Source: an uncultured Bacilli bacterium (lineage in GTDB: Bacteria > Bacillota_I > Bacilli_A > RF39 > UBA660). From it: a DNA stretch of 40,217 bases. Positions 37,598 through 40,217 of the stretch are shown in pieces (the stretch's first letter is position 1; every line of letters begins with the position of its first letter). Location: assembly GCA_944372205.1 (NCBI GenBank), contig CALVYM010000001.1, forward strand, positions 1-40,217. The letters run 5' to 3'. The notes below the pieces were generated by a model. The model worked only from the letters and a program-made list of their open reading frames with translations, was not told the origin of the DNA and did not search any database. The translations under genes and the position numbers were made by a program.

Positions 37598-37756
37598 AAC
37601 CCCATTAAAACTTGTTGATATATATTAAGTTTTCTTCCCACTAAAACTTGGAATTTCAAAAAAATATAACCCCATTAAAACTTGGAGTTATATTTTTAAA
37701 TTATCCCACTGATTCGTGTAGTTTTACTATTTTTCTTAACCCCACTAATCCGCGGA
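37598..37756. repeat. Five direct, degenerate C-rich repeats with a 34-36 bp period, of unknown function
   Basis: The units are AACCCCATTAAAACTTG (37598), TTCCCACTAAAACTTGG (37635), AACCCCATTAAAACTTGG (37668), ATCCCACTGATTCGTG (37703) and AACCCCACTAATCCGCGG (37738). The CCCA cores lie at 37601, 37637, 37671, 37705 and 37741. Units 1 and 3 sit in the loops of 6-7 bp local hairpins. Confidence 0.7.
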
Positions 37757-37797
37757 GATCTACTCTAAATTTTTATAACTTATTAATGTCTATTTTT

Positions 37798-38361
37798 TTA
37801 ATAAGCATCACAAGTGTTTAAAGTACTAGATAATTTCCATTGGCCATCTACACTATAAATATAAATACTAGAATTAATATCTCCATAAGTTACCACTTTT
37901 TCTTTATCATCACCATTAAAACGTAAATTTGTTAAATTTAATTGGGTAATTGATTGACATGGATTTTCTATTTTTTTTACAAATAAAGTATTATTCATTT
38001 CAATATATTCATTAACTTCTTTGTTATTTAATATTTTTTCTAATCCGATATCTGTAAATGTATCTTCAAGCAAAGAATTATATTCTTCTAACGTTTTAAC
38101 TACTAATTCATCATTTATTGCTCTATATGTTGTATTATTTAAAGTTATTTTACCATCATCTAATTTTACATCACCATAAAGCATATAATAAATTACATAA
38201 CTATTATTAACTAATTGTTCAACTCTTTCTTTTAATATTTGATTATCAGTTGATTCTGCATTTAAATTATTTTTTTTATTAATAATTAATACAATAATAA
38301 CAATTAATGCAATTAATAATATAATGATAATTGCCAAAGCTAAAATGTTCTTTTTCTTCAT
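37798..38361 (-). CDS. Hypothetical N-terminally membrane-anchored extracytoplasmic protein
   Basis: The track start at 38370 is a GTG inside the SD AAGGTGA. I prefer the ATG at 38361 (MKKKNILALAIIIILLIALIVIIVLII...). The SD overlaps the stop codon of the upstream giant gene. There is one TM segment followed by a soluble domain of about 155 aa. Confidence 0.65.
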   Translation of the reverse strand: MKKKNILALAIIIILLIALIVIIVLIINKKNNLNAESTDNQILKERVEQLVNNSYVIYYMLYGDVKLDDGKITLNNTTYRAINDELVVKTLEEYNSLLEDTFTDIGLEKILNNKEVNEYIEMNNTLFVKKIENPCQSITQLNLTNLRFNGDDKEKVVTYGDINSSIYIYSVDGQWKLSSTLNTCDAY

Positions 38362-38366
38362 TATCT

Positions 38367-40217
38367 TCACCTTTTTAAATAATAATAATCAATTCTAACA
38401 CTGTATTGCCAATAATTATAATCTACCCAATCTTCGTATTCGCATACACTTGTACTAATTAAAGTTCCTCGGCTACAAGTATAACAAGTACTACCATTTA
38501 GTCTATCACCACGGTCACATGAATATTCTACTCCTTCTCTATCACAATCAGCTCCGTAATTACCTTGCCAAGTACATGTCTTGGTACAATTACGTCTGCG
38601 TTGTTCACCAGGAGTACAAGGTACTGTGCTAGGAACTGGATCACATGTATAAGTTTCGCTATATCCTTCATCACAAGCTGTATACGTTGAATCACCTTCT
38701 AGCCATCCACCACCGCCAGGATTACAAGTCCACATACCATAACCATTAATTGTATATCTATTACCTCTGTTTGCTACACAAGTTGAACCGCTAGCTACTC
38801 CTCCTGCATCACATGAATAATAACTACAATATCTATCTTCATAAGCACCATAAGAATCAGCTCTTTCTGTAAATGGTTCTAATCTTCGAGAACTTTGGGT
38901 TGTTCCACCAGTAACAGTAAATGAAACTGTTTTATTAGATAAACTTTTAGATGATACTGTTCCACCACCACTTATTAATGAAACATTTGATAAATAAACA
39001 ATATCACTTATAGTCTCTGAACTTCTAATTGTGCTACTTGTTTCACTATATAAATCACTTACAATTTTTGATTTTGTACTACGCTCTACTACATCACTTA
39101 CTTTAAGAGTTGTATAACCAATATTTCCAGCTTTATCTTTAACCCATATATAATAGGTAGCATTATCATTTGCTGTATAAGTTGTTGTATATTTATCTGT
39201 TCCTTCAGTATTTATTTCAATCCAATTACTTGGAGTAGTAGATGATGTTGTTATTTGATATCCATTTAACCCTGATGTTTTTGATGCTGTATCTCCAGTT
39301 TTTGTATCTGCTACATCATTTACTGAAACATCTAGAACAAAACTAAATGCATATTTTGATTGACCAGAAATGTAATCAGACTTACTTTTATTTATCGTTA
39401 ATTTTCCAGTTGGTTTAATTGTATCAATATTTTCTACTTTATAGTCGGCACATTCATGATTATTTAATGAATCTTTAGCACAGAAATAGTATGTTCCATT
39501 TTGCGTTACTTCTTTTTCTTCTTTTAATTCAGTTGTTACATTATTAACTTTATTTGTTAATGTTTCATCTTTGTTATTACTGTTTGCAAAACCATAACTT
39601 GCTATTCCTGATTGGTCATCGTATGTTATTCCTATTAAAGTTACTTCATTTGTCCAATTTTGATTGCCATCTTGATTAGTATTGGTTGGATCTCCATTTA
39701 ATTCAATATGACTAATTCCACCATCAACATTAATTATTTCAAATGCTTCACTAATTTGTGATACATTTCCCACATTATCTATAGCACATGCTCTATATGT
39801 TCCTTCTTTTCTTACTTCTTGAGTTATTTTTGTTTCATCTTCTATTTCTATGTAATCTAAATCTTCTGTACATTCTGTTAAATCTAATCCTACATATATT
39901 CCTTTTAAACCTGAACCATTGCCATCGGTTGCTGTTATATCTACCACTCTACTTGTTGCCCATTGGGTTGGATTTGGAATATTTATTGCTATTATTCTTG
40001 GAGCTTCTTTATCTATATTTATTGTTGCTTGAGCTTCTGCATTAATATTTTTACCATTTTCATTGTATCTAACACTTACGCTATATGGCATACTACTTAC
40101 TATTCCTTCAGATACTTCTGTAGTAACAGTGTCTTTTGTAGTTATTCCACCATAATTACTACGCCATTCGTAAGTAGCTCCATCTTTTTTAAATATAGTT
40201 TTATTTTCACCTAGGAC
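38367..40217 (-). CDS. C-terminal part of a large surface protein: repeated Ig-like modules plus a cysteine-rich C-terminal domain (5' end outside the window)
   Basis: The reading frame stays open upstream of the track M at 40091 to the window edge (...GATYEWRSNYGGITTKDTVTTEVSEGIVSSMPYSV...). Repeated modules are marked by G.Y...A.D..GN (EGTYRACAIDNVGN, NGTYYFCAKDSLNN, NATYYIWVKDKAGN) and D..AP/KP junctions. The last 165 or so residues contain 14 Cys and the repeated block YSCD.G....GSTC. There is no LPXTG motif. Confidence 0.75.
   Translation of the reverse strand, partial: VLGENKTIFKKDGATYEWRSNYGGITTKDTVTTEVSEGIVSSMPYSVSVRYNENGKNINAEAQATINIDKEAPRIIAINIPNPTQWATSRVVDITATDGNGSGLKGIYVGLDLTECTEDLDYIEIEDETKITQEVRKEGTYRACAIDNVGNVSQISEAFEIINVDGGISHIELNGDPTNTNQDGNQNWTNEVTLIGITYDDQSGIASYGFANSNNKDETLTNKVNNVTTELKEEKEVTQNGTYYFCAKDSLNNHECADYKVENIDTIKPTGKLTINKSKSDYISGQSKYAFSFVLDVSVNDVADTKTGDTASKTSGLNGYQITTSSTTPSNWIEINTEGTDKYTTTYTANDNATYYIWVKDKAGNIGYTTLKVSDVVERSTKSKIVSDLYSETSSTIRSSETISDIVYLSNVSLISGGGTVSSKSLSNKTVSFTVTGGTTQSSRRLEPFTERADSYGAYEDRYCSYYSCDAGGVASGSTCVANRGNRYTINGYGMWTCNPGGGGWLEGDSTYTACDEGYSETYTCDPVPSTVPCTPGEQRRRNCTKTCTWQGNYGADCDREGVEYSCDRGDRLNGSTCYTCSRGTLISTSVCEYEDWVDYNYWQYSVRIDYYYLKR

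Noticed and set aside
37491-37628. A 45-codon plus-strand ORF (MSEIKVNSCFTTCLAIDFYRTNDIILNANYKFYLLSTPLKLVDIY) running through the hairpin into repeat 1.
   Set aside because: It has no SD and starts upstream of the only good plus-strand promoter. The 15-bp palindrome lies inside it. This is most likely fortuitous. It is kept only as context for the hypothesis that the repeats are a decayed coding sequence.
37701-37709. TTATCCCAC read as a DnaA box, and the repeats read as an origin.
   Set aside because: It differs from TTATCCACA by an inserted C. The other four units do not resemble DnaA boxes. No dnaA or dnaN context is present.
37598-37756. The repeat array read as a CRISPR array. On the minus strand the units read CAAGTTTTAATGGGG and CCAAGTTTTAGTGGG, which is reminiscent of GTTTTAG-type repeats.
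   Set aside because: A period of only 34-36 bp leaves no room for a repeat plus a spacer. The units are degenerate, whereas CRISPR repeats are near-identical. No cas genes are in the window.
37750-37761. Adjacent SacII (CCGCGG) and BglII (AGATCT) sites, which look like a cloning scar.
   Set aside because: The segment is part of repeat unit 5, whose register matches unit 4 codon for codon. No vector-like sequence surrounds it. I treat it as natural but unusually GC-rich.
1974-38370. Longer N-terminal extensions given by the ORF track, with starts at 1985, 6756, 12021, 18387, 21640, 22428, 25896, 29061 and 38370.
   Set aside because: In each case the extension begins at a GTG or TTG that lies inside the SD of a downstream ATG, or it overlaps the preceding gene or its terminator. 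The shorter starts give canonical N-termini (for example MNLSQRSFL for OTCase) with properly spaced SDs.
7446-40214. About 20 plus-strand ORFs of 60-120 codons from the track. They are 7446-7646, 8184-8372, 9065-9424, 10084-10281, 10366-10566, 12664-12852, 16686-16898, 24284-24475, 24515-24703, 25142-25369, 27063-27275, 29672-29860, 31570-31761, 33623-33829, 34944-35183, 35998-36216, 36854-37132, 39788-40045 and 39963-40214.
   Set aside because: Each lies entirely antisense within a long, well-supported minus-strand gene (rpoB, rpoC, arcABC, transporters, kinase and others). They have low-complexity F/I/L/S-rich translations and no SD. These are shadow ORFs typical of AT-rich DNA.

Overview
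Very AT-rich chromosomal segment that uses the standard genetic code, from a low-GC Gram-positive bacterium (Bacillota; it reads like an Erysipelotrichia or RF39-type gut lineage, but I cannot verify this without a search). All genes except two are on the minus strand.

Recognisable core, from high to low coordinates:
- ybxB-type methyltransferase, rpoB and rpoC
- an isolated murD
- an adenylate-forming enzyme
- an orphan hybrid histidine kinase
- lysS
- a polar-amino-acid ABC transporter
- an arginine deiminase operon (arcA-arcB-arcC plus two YfcC-type carriers)
- a ClpC-like unfoldase

Accessory or unknown content:
1. A lineage-specific family of helical proteins of about 275 aa. Four tightly packed tandem copies lie at 314-3615 and appear to form an ABAB duplication. 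The last copy is frameshifted and abuts the 5' end of an IS605-family tnpB. A fifth copy is translationally coupled to lysS. The array is transcribed divergently from a 50-aa ribbon-helix-helix gene that is absent from the ORF track.
2. A class B sortase fused to a cytoplasmic N-terminal domain of about 265 aa, placed divergently from a small cohesin-like protein with a non-canonical sorting signal.
3. Two cassettes in which a large Ig-like surface or membrane protein is followed by a small TM-anchored protein. One of the large proteins ends in a domain of about 165 aa containing 14 cysteines.
4. A 456-bp non-coding gap upstream of ybxB. It holds a perfect 15-bp inverted repeat, a near-consensus plus-strand promoter and five C-rich repeats with a period of 34-36 bp. 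These repeats vary in a codon-like way, and their core is complementary to the ribosome-binding site of the first gene of the family array.

I found no rRNA, tRNA or CRISPR array. All functional calls rest on motif recognition by eye. No database search was possible.
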